Shown here: positions 62,270 through 64,000 of the stretch, piece by piece | Numbering within the stretch: the first letter of the stretch is position 1 | Layout of the letters: each line of letters opens with the position of its first letter | Source: Chiloscyllium plagiosum | Lineage: Eukaryota | Assembly: GCF_004010195.1 (NCBI RefSeq) | Contig: NC_057718.1 | Location: 51,355,941 to 51,419,940, forward strand | Reading direction: 5' to 3' | DNA: 64,000 nt | The notes under the pieces: model-generated | The model's input: only the letters and a program-made list of their open reading frames with translations | What the model was told of the DNA's origin: nothing | Database searches by the model: none | Program-made: the position numbers and the translations under genes

Positions 62270-64000
62270 TACAGCACAGGAGAACGAAGAAACTGAAAAG
62301 GAAAGGGGAAATAGACTATGAACGTAATCTAACAAAAAAAGACTTAAATGGACTGTAAAAACATTTATAGGTACATAAAAAGGAAATGTTTGGGTAAAAC
62401 AAGAATGGGGCTGAGAAGCAAAATGATTATTTCATAGCTGTTTTCATTAAGATAATAGAAATCTCCCAGAACTGGAGATCCAAGTGACTAGTAAAAATAA
62501 GGAGTTGAAAGAAATTAGCATTAATAAGAAGATATTAATGGGAGGACAGTTAACAGATCACCAGGACCTGGTGGTCTACATCCCAGATTGTCGAAGGACA
62601 TGGCTATAGACATAATGTATACGATTTTCCAATATTCTATAGATGCCAGAATAATTCTTGTGGATTGGAAGAGAACAAACATTACCTCACTTTTAAGAAG
62701 GGAGCGAGAGAGAAAACAGAGAACTATAGACCTCTGTTTGTCATTTGCCTTTTGTCATTTGTAAAGAAAATGTTAGAATCTATTATAAAAATGGGATAAA
62801 TAGACTTGATAATGATCGGACCAGACATAGTCAGAATGGATTTGTGAATAGGAAATTATGTTTGACAAAATTTTTGGAGTTTTTTGAAGATGTTACTTTC
62901 AAAATTGATGAAGGATAGCCAATGGTTGTAGATTACTTGGGATTCCTGAAAACTTTTGATAAAGTCCAGCACAAAGCACATGGAATAGGAGGTGAAGTAG
63001 TCGCATGGATTAATGATGGCTTATAGACAGGAAACAGAGAGTAGGGAAAAATGGTCACTCTCACATTGACAGTCTGTGCTAGGACTTGCTGCTCCCAATA
63101 TATATCAATGATTTGGAGGTGGAGACCAAGTGTTTTGTTACTAAATTTGCAGGTGGTACAAAGCTTAGTAGAAATATGTTGTGAGAAAGATGTTAAGCAG
63201 TTTCATGTTTTGGACAGAGTTAGTGAATGGGAAAGAGCATAGGACATTGGATATGATTTGGAAAAATGTAAGATTATTGTATGTGGTACGAGAAACAGAC
63301 ATCAGGGCATTTTGCAAAAGGTAAGAGGTTGGAAAGTATAGATATAAAAAGAGATCTAATTATCCTTGTCAATAAGTCACTGAAAGCTTACTTATAGAGG
63401 AAGCAAACCTTCAGGTAGAGTTATGAAATGTTCAACTTTATTATCAAAAGGATCTGAGTACAGGAGTAATGATGTCTTGCTTCAATTGTATAGCAGTTTT
63501 GTTAGACTACACCTAGAGTTCTGTGTGCAGTTCTGTTCTCTTTATCTCAGGAAAATCATTATTGCCGTAGAGGGAGTACAACAAAGTTTCAGGAGATTTG
63601 TTCCCAGAATAGCAGGATTGTCCTATGAGGTGACGTTCTGCAAACTGGAATTGGAGGGTGCTACTTAACTATGTGATCTGCTTGTATTGCTCACAAGACA
63701 AAACTTTTCACTGTGCCTCAGTACACATGACAATAAATTCAATTCAAATTCTAAAGCTTTTGCAGTTAGGATGAAATAATTATGTTGTGAGTATGCCCTC
63801 AATGTGCAAAGAACACCCTCCAAAAACTGTATTCTCTCGAGTTTTAAGGAATGAGAGGAGATGTTTTTGACCCTATCAAGATACTTAAAGCAATAGACAG
63901 GGTAGATGCAGATGTTTCCCCTGGTTGGAGAGTCTAGGACAAGGGGACTCAGTTTAAAAATAAGGGGGATGCCACTTAGATCCAAGATGTGGTTACTTTT
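62270..64000 (+). mobile_element. Old CR1 LINE ORF2 fragment running off the window
   Basis: Degenerate SPGPxGLHPR, NYRP, QNGFV..CLT, FAGGTKL and VRLHLEFCVQF motifs. Confidence 0.75.
63660..63750 (+). mobile_element. Possible Rex1/Babar-type LINE 3' tail inserted in CR1
   Basis: ttttcactgtgcctcagtacacatgacaataaa followed by (ttcaa)n-like repeats. Confidence 0.4.

Overview
Eukaryotic, AT-rich, repeat-dense DNA, almost certainly from a cartilaginous fish (an HE1/V-SINE, HER1-like CR1 LINEs and Deu-domain SINEs point to an elasmobranch; this is inference). The only host coding sequence I can support is the beta-specific first coding exon of neurexin-1 (NRXN1-beta) on the minus strand at 51580-51802: signal peptide plus the [25 protein letters not shown]is-rich segment, ending in a phase-1 GT donor. 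The window is therefore most likely intronic NRXN1: about 51.5 kb of the intron downstream of the beta exon, and about 12 kb of beta promoter/upstream alpha intron. About 9 kb around the exon is nearly free of repeats and carries a strong CTCF motif plus CCAAT, CRE-half, AP-1 and MEF2 motifs. The rest is CR1, L2, RTE, Penelope, Gypsy and SINE relics, including a near full-length CR1, and one 297-N gap. The most striking hidden signal is about 14 minimal hammerhead-ribozyme motifs (CUGANGA-stem II-GAAA-palindromic stem III-NUH) from several Penelope-related families. Many sit in 90-240 bp non-autonomous insertions, several of them fold-back elements with target-site duplications, and nearly all are damaged at two CpG sites in essential positions. 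All calls were made by eye without database searches; repeat boundaries are approximate.
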